DNA of 64,000 nucleotides from an uncultured Actinomycetes bacterium (lineage in GTDB: Bacteria > Actinomycetota > Thermoleophilia > Gaiellales > Gaiellaceae), in NCBI GenBank assembly GCA_963762085.1, contig CAVXJD010000003.1:64506-128505 (forward strand), written 5' to 3'. Positions 29,841-39,230 of the stretch are shown here, piece after piece; positions within the stretch are counted from its first letter, which is position 1; the number at the start of each line of letters is the position of its first letter. The position numbers and the translations under genes are program-made. Below the pieces are notes generated by a model, which saw nothing but the letters and a program-made list of their open reading frames with translations, was not told the DNA's origin and did no database searches.

Positions 29841-30869
29841 ATGCGCCGGTCGGAGATCATCATCGACCTCGCGGCGCTGCGGCGGAACGTGCGGCGGCTC
29901 CGCGAAGCGGCCGGGGACGCTGAGCTCTGGGCTGTCGTCAAGGCCGATGCCTATGGGCACGGGGCCGAGGACGTGGCCGGCGCGGCTCTCGACGCCGGTG
30001 CTGATGCTCTCTGCGTCGCGACCCTGAGCGAGGGCGAGGCTCTCCGTCGCCTACATCCGGAGGTTCGGATCCTCGTCATGGGACCGCTTGAAATAGGAGA
30101 GGACGATGCGGCCCGCCGAAGCCGTCTCGAGGTGACCGCGCATCGCCGCGACTTTCCTCGTGGGCTTCCGGTGCATCTCAAAGTAGATACCGGCATGGGT
30201 CGCTGGGGCATGTCTCCAGAGGACGCGCTAGCGGCTACACGAGAGGGCGTCGTCGGCCTCATGAGCCACCTTGCGACTGCGGACGAGGAAGACGAGAGCT
30301 TCGCGCGCGAGCAACTCGAGCGGTTCCGCGAGCTGGCCGTCCAGTTCGACGGCGTCGTGCATCACGTCGCCAATAGCGCCGCAGCGCTCCGCTTCCCGGA
30401 GGCCCGCTACGACGCCGTTCGCTGTGGCGTGGCTCTCTACGGGCTCTCGCCCTTCGGCGACGATCCTGCCACCCACGGTCTCGAGCCGGTACTCGCATGG
30501 CGGAGTCACGTCGCCCTGGCGAAGACCCTGGCCCCGGGGGAGAGCACGGGCTACGGACGCCGCTTCGTTGCCGAGCAATCGGCCCGGATCGGGATCGTGC
30601 CGGTGGGGTACGGAGACGGCTTTCGGCGTGGCCTGACCGGGACGGAGGTGCTGGTGGACGGTTCCCGGCGCCAGGTCGTCGGGACGATCTCGATGGACGC
30701 GCTCGCGGTCGAGCTCGGCGACGAGCCCGAAGGAGCCGAGGTGACGCTGATCGGGGACGGCATTCTCGTCGAGGAGCACGCCAGGCGACTGGGGACGATC
30801 AACTACGAGGTCACCTGCGGCATCCGTTCGGCACCCGAGCGAGCGGTGAGGCGGACCGTCGATGGATGA
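29841..30869 (+). CDS. alr: alanine racemase
   Basis: 342 aa. PLP-lysine motif AVVKADAYGHGA. Confidence 0.9.
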   Translation: MRRSEIIIDLAALRRNVRRLREAAGDAELWAVVKADAYGHGAEDVAGAALDAGADALCVATLSEGEALRRLHPEVRILVMGPLEIGEDDAARRSRLEVTAHRRDFPRGLPVHLKVDTGMGRWGMSPEDALAATREGVVGLMSHLATADEEDESFAREQLERFRELAVQFDGVVHHVANSAAALRFPEARYDAVRCGVALYGLSPFGDDPATHGLEPVLAWRSHVALAKTLAPGESTGYGRRFVAEQSARIGIVPVGYGDGFRRGLTGTEVLVDGSRRQVVGTISMDALAVELGDEPEGAEVTLIGDGILVEEHARRLGTINYEVTCGIRSAPERAVRRTVDG

Positions 30870-31887
30870 GCGGCTCCTCGAAGCGGTGGGAGCTGAGGAG
30901 GCCTACATCGTCGGTGGAGCCGTGCGGGATGAGCTGCTCGGACGCCCCGTCATCGATCTTGACATCGCATGCCCGGCGCCGGCGAAAGCCGCGCGCTCCT
31001 ACGCGGGCCTCGCCGGAGGCGCCGTCTTTCCACTCTCCGACCGCCACGGCGCCTGGCGAGTGGCGTTCCGGGATGGCCGCACGGTTGACTTCACGCCCCT
31101 CCCCGACGGCATCGAGGCGGATCTCGGAACGCGCGACTTCACGTTCAACGCGATCGCGATTCCGCTCGCCGGCGGAGAGCCGGTCGATCCCCACGACGGC
31201 CGCGGCGACCTCGACGCGCGAGTTCTCCGCGCAGTTTCGCCAAACATCTTTGCCGACGATCCAATTCGCCTTCTGCGCGCCGCCAGGCTCGAAGACGAGC
31301 TCGGAGTGCGTCTCGACGATGAGACCGAGCGCCTCGTGCGCGCTCACAGGGAGCTAGTGGCCAGCCCTGCCGGGGAGCGCATCCTGGGCGAGCTGGCGCG
31401 TCTCTCGCATGAAGGCTTCAGGCGGCTGGACGCCTTGGGTCTCCTGGCGCCGCTCGGGGGCTCCCTGGAGAGGCTCGACCGCGCCGAGGGCGTCAACACC
31501 GCAGGATTTCCTCTCGTTTGCGTCTTCGGCCCGGCGCTCGAGGGCTATCCCATCTCGAATCGTCTCCGGCGCCAGGCCCGCACGGTGCTTCGAGCCGAAT
31601 TGCCGTCCGACGGATCCGCTCGCTCGCTCCACCGATTCCGACGGGCCACGGAGCCCTGGAGCCACGAGGCTCTGGCCTACCTGGGCGCCCGCGACCTGCT
31701 GGCCGCGCTCGAGGAATCGCGTGCCTCGGATCCACCGGAGCCCCTCCTGCGGGGGGACGAGCTCGGGTTGGCGCCCGGGCCAGACGTGGGCCGGCTGCTC
31801 GAGCTGATCGCCGAGGAGCGCGCGGCCGGGACGATCTCGACGCGCGAGGAGGCTCTCGACCTGGTGCGTCGCGATCGCGGCACATGA
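30862..31887 (+). CDS. cca: tRNA nucleotidyltransferase (CCA-adding)/poly(A) polymerase family
   Basis: 341 aa. Head-domain motif GGAVRDELLGRPVIDLDIA...RDFTFNA. Confidence 0.75.
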   Translation: MDERLLEAVGAEEAYIVGGAVRDELLGRPVIDLDIACPAPAKAARSYAGLAGGAVFPLSDRHGAWRVAFRDGRTVDFTPLPDGIEADLGTRDFTFNAIAIPLAGGEPVDPHDGRGDLDARVLRAVSPNIFADDPIRLLRAARLEDELGVRLDDETERLVRAHRELVASPAGERILGELARLSHEGFRRLDALGLLAPLGGSLERLDRAEGVNTAGFPLVCVFGPALEGYPISNRLRRQARTVLRAELPSDGSARSLHRFRRATEPWSHEALAYLGARDLLAALEESRASDPPEPLLRGDELGLAPGPDVGRLLELIAEERAAGTISTREEALDLVRRDRGT

Positions 31888-32654
31888 GCAGCGACGATCC
31901 GCTTCAGCGCCGGTTCGCGGCGAGCGCCCCGCTCATGGCCGAGCAGACCGCGAGCGAAGCGGACGAGCTCGGCGATCGCCTCGCCCGGTTCGTCGGCTTG
32001 GTTGGCACCGAGCGCGTCCTGGACGCCGGCACGGGAACCGGCACTCTGGCGCTCGGGCTTGCCACGCACACGTGCAAGGTCGTCGCGGTCGATCTCGTGC
32101 CGGAGCTTCTCGCGGAGGCGCGACTGCTCGCGCGAGGCCGGCAGAACATCTCCTTCGTCCAGGCCGACGTGCTCGCGTTGCCGTTCGAGCAGGGGACCTT
32201 CGACCTTGCGGCCAGCTCGCGAACGCTCCACCACGTCGCCCGGCCTGAGCTCCTGCTCTCGGAGCTCGCTCGCGTGACACGGCCCGGCGGCCGGGTCCTC
32301 CTGATCGATCAGCTGGCCTCGTCCGACCCCCTCGAAGGCATGGCGCACGACCGGATCGAGCGACTCCGGGATCCTTCGCACACGCGGACGCTCTCCGACC
32401 AGGACATCCGGGGCCTGCTCGACGCGAACTCACTCGTTCTCCGCCGGTTCGAGACCTCCCGTGAGGAGCGTAATCTGGACCGCTTCCTGGACCTCGGCGC
32501 CTGCCATGGCGCGCCTCGGGAGGCGGTTCTACGGGAGGTCGAGCGCCTGGTCGAAAAAGGAGATCGGGCGGGCGTCGACCTGCGCCGCACGGCGGAGGGC
32601 TACGGGCTGACGGTCACCGTGGGCTCTTATCTGGCGGCGAAGCCCGCCGGCTGA
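31884..32654 (+). CDS. class I SAM-dependent methyltransferase
   Basis: The ATG at 31884 has an ATGA overlap with cca. Motif I is VLDAGTGTGTLA. The N-terminal part of the 378-aa track ORF is artefact. Confidence 0.8.
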   Translation: MSSDDPLQRRFAASAPLMAEQTASEADELGDRLARFVGLVGTERVLDAGTGTGTLALGLATHTCKVVAVDLVPELLAEARLLARGRQNISFVQADVLALPFEQGTFDLAASSRTLHHVARPELLLSELARVTRPGGRVLLIDQLASSDPLEGMAHDRIERLRDPSHTRTLSDQDIRGLLDANSLVLRRFETSREERNLDRFLDLGACHGAPREAVLREVERLVEKGDRAGVDLRRTAEGYGLTVTVGSYLAAKPAG

Positions 32655-33793
32655 TGCCGCTTCTGTACGACGCCGTCGGGTTCGGGATGTGGGCGTATTC
32701 GCGCTCGGCCTTCCGGGTTCGTACGCTCGGGCGGCAGCACCTCGATCTCCAGCCGGGCACCGTGCTCGTCTGCGCGCACCGCCGTGAGTCGGACGTGCCG
32801 CTCGTCTGCCCGTCGATCTACTTCGGGCCGGGTGGGCTCATAACGGATAGGTCGCAGCGCATGAGCTTCGCGGCACGGGAGGACATGTTCTCGCCGGGAT
32901 TCTTCGCGGGTTTTCCGCCCGGCCTCCCGGTCTGGCTCCGCCGTCTTCTCTTCCCGGTTGGCATCGACCCGTACCTGCGCGGCCTGACGCTCTTTCCGAT
33001 CCGTAGTGCGACGGTGATCCGGCTCGAGGAGGTTTTTCGCCGGCTCCCGGAGCTCGAGCTCGCTGACGCGTTGCCGCGCGAGGACCTCGAAGCCCTTAGG
33101 CTCCGTGCGCGCGACGTGAGCCTGCCGGAACCGCACGTCGCGCGCGAAGCCGTGCGAGGAGAGTTCGCCGACCTCCTGTGGCGGTCGCATACCCGGGCCG
33201 AGCTCGACGTTCCGGCTCTCGAGCCCGTCTGGTCGCAGCGGGCGACGGACGCCGTGCGGGACTTCCGCGATCTCGTCGATGTCGTCTCGCGTGGGGCAGT
33301 CCTCCTGATCTTTCCGGAGGGCCGCCCTTCGCCCGGCGGCGAGATCGGCCCACTTCAGCGAGGTCTCTCGGCCCTCGTCCGCCGGGGCAAGCCGAAGTTC
33401 CTGCAACCGATCGGCCTTGCCTACGATCCGCTCGTTCGTGGCCGCACCCGTGCTCTCGTCTCATTCGGGGAGCCGCTCGATCCACCCGAGGCCGCGCTCG
33501 AGGAAACGGTGCTCTCGGCTCTGCGTCTTGCGATGCCCCTCACCTGCGGCCAGGTGGTCGCCGCGTGGATCCGCTCGGGCCGGCACGGATCGGCAGGCGC
33601 CGCGCTCGAGGCGGAGGTCGAGCGCGCCGTCACCGAGGGCAGGAACGTCGATCCGGATCTACTCGAGCCCGGGAAGCGAAGGCGGAGACTCCGCCACGCG
33701 CTCGCATCCGCGGACGCCTCGCCTGACGACGATCCAGTCCTCGCCTTCCTCGCGCGGGAGCTCGAGAGCGCCCGCGCCCGATCGTCGAGCTAG
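32654..33793 (+). CDS. lysophospholipid (PlsC-type) acyltransferase family protein
   Basis: 379 aa. HxxxxD block CAHRRESDVP and FPEGRPS block. Confidence 0.7.
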   Translation: MPLLYDAVGFGMWAYSRSAFRVRTLGRQHLDLQPGTVLVCAHRRESDVPLVCPSIYFGPGGLITDRSQRMSFAAREDMFSPGFFAGFPPGLPVWLRRLLFPVGIDPYLRGLTLFPIRSATVIRLEEVFRRLPELELADALPREDLEALRLRARDVSLPEPHVAREAVRGEFADLLWRSHTRAELDVPALEPVWSQRATDAVRDFRDLVDVVSRGAVLLIFPEGRPSPGGEIGPLQRGLSALVRRGKPKFLQPIGLAYDPLVRGRTRALVSFGEPLDPPEAALEETVLSALRLAMPLTCGQVVAAWIRSGRHGSAGAALEAEVERAVTEGRNVDPDLLEPGKRRRRLRHALASADASPDDDPVLAFLARELESARARSSS

Positions 33794-34827
33794 GCAGCCT
33801 CGGCGCCGCGCCCGCGGAACAGGCGCGGAAGGGCCGGACGAACGAGTAGCGCGCCGAGCACGGTGACGGGAAGAACGGTGAGCGCGTGCATGGTCAGGAC
33901 GTAGGCGGTGGCCGAGTGCTCCGGCACGTCGATGCCCCGCGCTGCAACGAGCGTCAGGTAGTCGAAGCTGCCGATTCCTGCCGCAGTCGCAGGCACCGCC
34001 AGCGCCAGGTTCCCGATTCCCTCGAGGAGGAAGTAGCCGCCCGTCTCGAGCTCGAGATGGAAGGCGCGTCCGACGATCGCATACATCGCCACGTCAGCCA
34101 GCCACATCGCGGCCGAGGCCCCGAACACGGCCAGCACGCGCCGCAGGTTCGTGAAGCCCCCGAGGCCCTCGACGAAGTTCGCTGCCGATCGTGCGACGCG
34201 GGTATGCCACCGCGGCGGCAGACGTTTGGTTGCCCGCCAGACGACGCGTTCGGCCCGATTCGGGTCGCGCGCAGCGAGCGCGACGAGCACGACGCCGAGC
34301 GCGGTCCCGGCCGAGAGGGCGATCCCCGTAAGCAGCAGCGCCCCGCCCTGGCCCAGGAGGATGGCTCCGAGGACGATCCAGGCTGCGAGCACGACGCCGT
34401 CGAGAAGTCGCTCGGCGAACAGCGTTCCCGCGGTCACGAACGCCGGAATACGCGCCAGCTCGCGCATCGACTCGATTCGGATCAGGTCACCGCCGCGTGC
34501 AGGGAGGATGTTGTTGGCCCCGCGTCCGACGCAGACGGAGGAAAAGAGCGCCCGTAACGAGACGCGGTAGCCGGCGCCGTCGAGAAGGATGCGCCAGCGC
34601 AAGGCCATGAAGACGATGTTCACGAGGACGAGGCCGAGCGCCCCGAGGATCGTCAGGCCGGGAAGATCGCGGATCTGGCGCCACGCCTGCCCGAGATCGA
34701 CTTCCCTGAGAAAGAGGATCAGGAAGGCCGCGGTGGCAGCAGACCCAATCGCGAGGCGTAGGACTTTGCGCTTCACAGCCGCAAGGTATCGCCTGCGTCC
34801 CCGGATCGGCGAGAATCCGCCGTCCAT
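33790..34827 (-). CDS. UPF0104/LPG-synthase-TM-like flippase-type membrane protein
   Basis: Polytopic. LILFLREVDLGQAWRQI...NIVFMALRWRILL is typical of the family. The start is uncertain (ATG 34827 or GTG 34776). Confidence 0.65.
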   Translation of the reverse strand: MDGGFSPIRGRRRYLAAVKRKVLRLAIGSAATAAFLILFLREVDLGQAWRQIRDLPGLTILGALGLVLVNIVFMALRWRILLDGAGYRVSLRALFSSVCVGRGANNILPARGGDLIRIESMRELARIPAFVTAGTLFAERLLDGVVLAAWIVLGAILLGQGGALLLTGIALSAGTALGVVLVALAARDPNRAERVVWRATKRLPPRWHTRVARSAANFVEGLGGFTNLRRVLAVFGASAAMWLADVAMYAIVGRAFHLELETGGYFLLEGIGNLALAVPATAAGIGSFDYLTLVAARGIDVPEHSATAYVLTMHALTVLPVTVLGALLVRPALPRLFRGRGAEAA

Positions 34828-35530
34828 GGGCGCACGGAGCACCCGGGCTCGAGCCTTCTCCGGACGGCGTGAGGTCGCGATCGGACTCGGCATGTACGCC
34901 GTCTACCTGCTCGTCCGCACCGCGGTCGTGAACGAAAGCGGCCGCGCCCGGGCCCGCCGGAACGCAGAGCGGATCGTGGCCGCGGAGCGGCGGCTCGGGA
35001 TCCATGTCGAGCCAGACCTCCAGCGGGTGCTGCTGCCGCGAACCCGCCTGATCGCCGTGCTGAACGTCGCGTATGCCGTCGCCAACGTCGGGCTCACCGT
35101 CGGGTGGCTCGCGCGGCTCTTCCTCCGGCGCCGTCCCGAGTTCCATCGCCTGCGGCGTGCGGCCGTGCTGACGACAATCGGTGCGCAGCCCGTCTTTCTG
35201 CTGTTCCCGACGGCGCCGCCACGGACGCTCGACGACTTCGTGGACACGATTGCAGAGGTGAGCGGCTTCGATCTCGACTCTGGCCTGGTCGCCAAGCTCT
35301 ACGACCCGATTGCCGCGATGCCGTCGATCCACGTGGCCTACGCAGTGGTCACCGCGACCGGAATCGCCGAGACCAGCCGCAGCCCGCTCGCGCGGGGCCT
35401 GGCGCCCGCCTATCCGCCGCTCGTGGCCCTCACGGTGCTCGCGACGGCGAACCACTACGTCTTCGACGTCCTCGCCGGCGCGGCGCTCGGCGTCGCGGGC
35501 CTGCGCCTAGCCCGCGAGCTCGACGGCTAG
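34826..35530 (+). CDS. PAP2-superfamily membrane phosphatase/phosphotransferase-like protein
   Basis: The in-frame ATG at 34826 gives about 234 aa. Polytopic, with a C-terminal PSIHVAYA...ANHYVFDVLAGA pattern like PAP2_3 proteins. Confidence 0.55.
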   Translation: MGARSTRARAFSGRREVAIGLGMYAVYLLVRTAVVNESGRARARRNAERIVAAERRLGIHVEPDLQRVLLPRTRLIAVLNVAYAVANVGLTVGWLARLFLRRRPEFHRLRRAAVLTTIGAQPVFLLFPTAPPRTLDDFVDTIAEVSGFDLDSGLVAKLYDPIAAMPSIHVAYAVVTATGIAETSRSPLARGLAPAYPPLVALTVLATANHYVFDVLAGAALGVAGLRLARELDG

Positions 35531-36573
35531 GCGACGTTCTCGATCGCGGCCGAGTCTTCTTCCTCGAGCAGGTCGAGGACGGCCTCCTCGATCGCGCCCT
35601 GCGTCGAGGGCTCCCCGAACCGGCTCTCGTCGCCCAAGCGCTCCAGGGCGCCGCCGATCGTGAACCCGTCCTCGAACCGATCGAAGACGCGAGGGTCGAT
35701 GTACGAGGCGCGGCAGACCGCGGGCGTATTGCCGAGGTAGTGCGAGACCTCCTTGATCGCTCTCGTGATCGCGCGCTTGCGAGCCGTCGGCGTGCCGGCT
35801 GCCCGGCCGGAAACGGCGAGCCCGACGGCCGCGAGCACGGTGGCGCTCCAGGTCCGGAAGTCCTTGGCGGAGAAGTCCGCCCCCGTGACCTCCTTGATGT
35901 AGGCGTTGATGTCCGCGGAGCGGACGTCGACCCAGCGGCCGTTTGGCTTGTAGGCGAGGAGCTCACGGCCGCTCCGCCTGCGCTTCAGCTGGCTGATGAC
36001 CTCGCAGACGTCCGGGTCGACGATCGACTGGATTTGCTGCTTCCCGCCTTTCGCCTCGTAGTCGAACGTGATCAGGCCACCTTCGCCGACCGTCACGTGA
36101 CGCTTCTGCATCGTCGCGAGCCCGTAGGTCTGATTCTGTTCGGCGTAGTCCTCGCCGCCGATCCTGAAGAAGCCCCGGTCGAGGAGCCGGACGGCGCAGG
36201 CGAGCACACGCTCGCGCGGCATCCCGCTCAGCTTGACGTGCTTCGCCGCGACGACGCGGACCTGCGGGAGCGCCCTGGCGAACGCGAGCATCTCGTCGAA
36301 CTTCTCCTGGTCTCGCCGCTGGCGCCACTTGTCGTGGTAGCGGTATTGCCTGCGGCCGGCGATGTCCGTGCCGATCGCCTGGATGTGGCCGTTCGGGTAG
36401 GGACAGATCCAGACGTCGGTCCACGCGGGAGGAATCACGAGCTCGCGGATCCGCCGGAGCACCTCCGGGTCCTCGACGCGCTCGCCGAGCTCGTCGAGGT
36501 ACTCGAAGCCACGGCCGCGCCGCCGGCGCGTGATCCCCGGGCCGGAGCAAACGGCGCGTCGCAGTCTGGACAT
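35527..36573 (-). CDS. DNA topoisomerase IB (poxvirus-like bacterial TopIB)
   Basis: The ATG at 36573 gives 348 aa. Contains PPAWTDVWICPYPNGHIQAIGTDIAGRRQYRYH, DFRTWSATV and the catalytic-Tyr region CRASYIDPRV. The upstream 300 codons of the 650-aa track ORF are artefact. Confidence 0.8.
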   Translation of the reverse strand: MSRLRRAVCSGPGITRRRRGRGFEYLDELGERVEDPEVLRRIRELVIPPAWTDVWICPYPNGHIQAIGTDIAGRRQYRYHDKWRQRRDQEKFDEMLAFARALPQVRVVAAKHVKLSGMPRERVLACAVRLLDRGFFRIGGEDYAEQNQTYGLATMQKRHVTVGEGGLITFDYEAKGGKQQIQSIVDPDVCEVISQLKRRRSGRELLAYKPNGRWVDVRSADINAYIKEVTGADFSAKDFRTWSATVLAAVGLAVSGRAAGTPTARKRAITRAIKEVSHYLGNTPAVCRASYIDPRVFDRFEDGFTIGGALERLGDESRFGEPSTQGAIEEAVLDLLEEEDSAAIENVA

Positions 36574-36614
36574 AGGCAGCGGAATGTTCCCCACCGCTGC
36601 ACTGCTCAACCCCG

Positions 36615-37370
36615 CTAGGCCTCCCGGGACCCCCTGCCGGGGCCGCGCCGGATGCCGAGCTTGGTCACCAACCCGGGGACAAGGCCCTCCGCGGCGGCAG
36701 CGATTCGGAGGAAGCCGGGCACGAAGATCTCGCCGCGGCCGCGATCCAGGGCTTCCAGGGTGGCGTCTGCGACCCGCTCGGGCGAGATCACGAGCCGGCG
36801 GGAGAGCCGTCCGGCGAGCAGGCGCGCCTGCGGGAACCCCTCGGTCTCGACCGGCCCGGGGTTCACGCTCAGGACTCTGATCCCGCGCGGGACGAGCTCG
36901 GCTGCGATATTCCGTGAGAACGCGAGCTGTGCGTGCTTGGCAGCCGTGTAGGGCCCGTAGGCTCCGATTGGAATCGTCCCGGCCACGGAGGCGATGTTCA
37001 CGACTGCAGCCGGGCGCCCCCGCTCGAGGAGCGGCGCGAACGCCCTGACGCACCAGACGCCGGCCAGGTAGTTCGTGTTGGTGACGGCCTCGACCCGCTC
37101 GGCCTCGAGCTCCAGGAAGGTGCCCCGGGCGCGAATCCCGGCATTGTTGACCAGGAGCCGGATCGCCTCGTGCCGCTCTCCAACGCGCGCGGCGAGATCG
37201 TCCACCTGCGTCCGGTCCGCGACGTCGCACGTCTCGAACTCGCCGCCCACCTCCGCGGCGACGCGCTCCAGCCGCTCCCGTCCGCGGGCGACCAGAACGC
37301 ACCGCCATTCGCGCTCGGCCAGGCGCCGCGCGAGGGCCGCGCCGATACCGCTCGATCCACCCGTGATCAT
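36615..37370 (-). CDS. SDR-family oxidoreductase
   Basis: 251 aa. Contains TGGSSGIG, NNAG and YTAAK motifs. Confidence 0.85.
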   Translation of the reverse strand: MITGGSSGIGAALARRLAEREWRCVLVARGRERLERVAAEVGGEFETCDVADRTQVDDLAARVGERHEAIRLLVNNAGIRARGTFLELEAERVEAVTNTNYLAGVWCVRAFAPLLERGRPAAVVNIASVAGTIPIGAYGPYTAAKHAQLAFSRNIAAELVPRGIRVLSVNPGPVETEGFPQARLLAGRLSRRLVISPERVADATLEALDRGRGEIFVPGFLRIAAAAEGLVPGLVTKLGIRRGPGRGSREA

Positions 37371-37406
37371 CGCGACCGGAATGCGCGAAGCGTAGACTGC
37401 GGCGCC

Positions 37407-38186
37407 GTGACTCAGGACTTTCAGGGGAAGCGGGGACTCGTCCTCGGCGTCGCGAATCGCCGCTCGATCGCGTGGGCAATCGCCCAGCGACTGGCGGCCG
37501 GCGGCGCGCAGCTCGCCTTCACCTATCAGGGTGAGCGCATCGAGAAAGGCGTACGCGAGCTGGCCGATTCAGTCGAGAGCCCGCTCGTGACGGAGTGCGA
37601 CGTCCGCTCGGACGACGAGGTTGCCCGCGTCCTCGGGGAGGTCGGCGAGGCCTTTGGCGGGGAGCTCGATCTGCTCGTCCACTCGGTCGCCTTCGCCGAC
37701 GCGCGCGATCTCGAGGGGCGCTTCACCGACACCCCGCGTGATCGTTTCTGGCTTGCGCTCGATGTCTCGGCCTACTCGCTCGTGGCCGCCGCCCGCGCCG
37801 CCGAGCCGCTCATGGAGGCGGCCGGAGGCGGGTCGATCCTGACCATGACGTACCTGGGCGGCGAACGGGCCGTGCCGCACTACAACGTCATGGGCGTCGC
37901 GAAAGCGGCTCTGGACGCCTCGGTTCGCTACCTGGCCTGGGAGCTGGGCGAGAAGCAGATCCGCGTGAACGCTGTCTCGGCGGGCCCGGTCCGCACGCTG
38001 GCTGCCCGGTCGATCGCAGGCTTTCCCACCATGGAGGCGATCGTCGAGGAACGGTCTCCGCTCCGCCGGAACATCGAGGCGGACGACGTGGGCTCCGCTG
38101 CGGCCTACCTCCTTTCGGACGAGGCCAAGAACGTCAGCGGGACGACGCTCTACGTCGACGGTGGCTACCACGCCATGGGCATGTAG
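37407..38186 (+). CDS. fabI: enoyl-[acyl-carrier-protein] reductase (NADH)
   Basis: The GTG at 37407 gives 259 aa. Contains GKRGLVLGVANRRSIAWAIA and YNVMGVAKAALDASVRYLA. Confidence 0.9.
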   Translation: MTQDFQGKRGLVLGVANRRSIAWAIAQRLAAGGAQLAFTYQGERIEKGVRELADSVESPLVTECDVRSDDEVARVLGEVGEAFGGELDLLVHSVAFADARDLEGRFTDTPRDRFWLALDVSAYSLVAAARAAEPLMEAAGGGSILTMTYLGGERAVPHYNVMGVAKAALDASVRYLAWELGEKQIRVNAVSAGPVRTLAARSIAGFPTMEAIVEERSPLRRNIEADDVGSAAAYLLSDEAKNVSGTTLYVDGGYHAMGM

Positions 38187-38208
38187 CCCAACGGCGGAGC
38201 GCGGGCGG

Positions 38209-39159
38209 TTAAGACCAGCCGTCGCCGGAGTCGGCGACGAGTGGCCTTGCCGGCGCGCTCTCCTCGCGGTGCCGAAGCATTCCCTGCACCTGCCCGACAT
38301 AGGCTGACAGCTCCGATTCCTTCTGGGTGAGCCGCTCGTCGAGGTCGCGCAGGCGGGCATCCTCGTTTTCGAGCCGGTCTTCACGAGCCTGCGTGTCGGC
38401 TTCGAGTCGAGCCAGCCGTTCGTCCAACTCGGCCTCGCGCGTGTCGAGATCGGCCAGGCGTTCGCGGGCCGTCTCCTCGGCCTGGGAAAGACGCCGCTCC
38501 TGGGTTTGCACGCGGGCCCGGCCGGCCTCGGCAAACGTTTCGGCGCTTGCCGCCTCCGCCTCACGCTCGCGCAGTTCCAATTCCCGCCGGGCCAGCAAGG
38601 CGGCCAGCGCTTCGACGTCCTCGCGCTTGGCCCTGAAGTCCTCGATCTGCTGCACGGTTGCCTCGCGACCCAGCACGGCTTCCTCGCGGTGGGCGAGTGC
38701 TCTCTCACGGTCGGAGAGCTCGCGCGAAAGTGCGTCGAGCTCGGAGGTGGCGCGCGACCGCTCATTTTCGCTTTCTCTGAAGGAGTCGAGCTCACGGGCC
38801 AGCCGGTCGAGCTCCAGTCGTTCTGCCTCCTGCGTCGCGACCCGCTCGCGGAGGAGTGCGAGCTCCTGCGCTTGCTCCGCAACCTCGCGCTGTTTGTCGG
38901 CGATCTGGTCGTCGCTCCGAGCCAGCTCGGCAAGCAATCTGTCGATCTCGTCCTGATCGGGACCGCCGGCTCCGAGTCCTCCCAGGCGCCGTTCGAGCTG
39001 CTCCGTGCGTGCCTCTGCGGCAGCGACCTCTGCAGTGCGCGCATCGAGGGTCGCCAGCAGCTCGGCGAGCTGCTCATGGCGCTGGTCCGCCATGTCGTCC
39101 ACGATCTCGCTCGCGTTGCGGAGGAAGAAATCCTCCATCCGATCCCAGAACCTGAGCAT
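38209..39159 (-). CDS. long coiled-coil protein, function unknown
   Basis: 316 aa. Almost entirely heptad-like E/R/L/A-rich sequence. It is the last gene of the minus-strand operon that starts at 42807. Confidence 0.55.
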   Translation of the reverse strand: MLRFWDRMEDFFLRNASEIVDDMADQRHEQLAELLATLDARTAEVAAAEARTEQLERRLGGLGAGGPDQDEIDRLLAELARSDDQIADKQREVAEQAQELALLRERVATQEAERLELDRLARELDSFRESENERSRATSELDALSRELSDRERALAHREEAVLGREATVQQIEDFRAKREDVEALAALLARRELELREREAEAASAETFAEAGRARVQTQERRLSQAEETARERLADLDTREAELDERLARLEADTQAREDRLENEDARLRDLDERLTQKESELSAYVGQVQGMLRHREESAPARPLVADSGDGWS

Positions 39160-39230
39160 GTCCCGCGGTCATCGGCACCTGTCGAGGCTGGCTGAACCTC
39201 AATACCAGGGAAAACGCCGCCAGACTCGTG

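Noticed and set aside
36574-37479. N-terminal 300 residues of the 650-aa ORF 35527..37479, which could be a fusion partner of TopIB
   Set aside because: That part is antisense to the SDR gene and is Arg/Gly/Pro-rich. The TopIB homology begins at the ATG at 36573.
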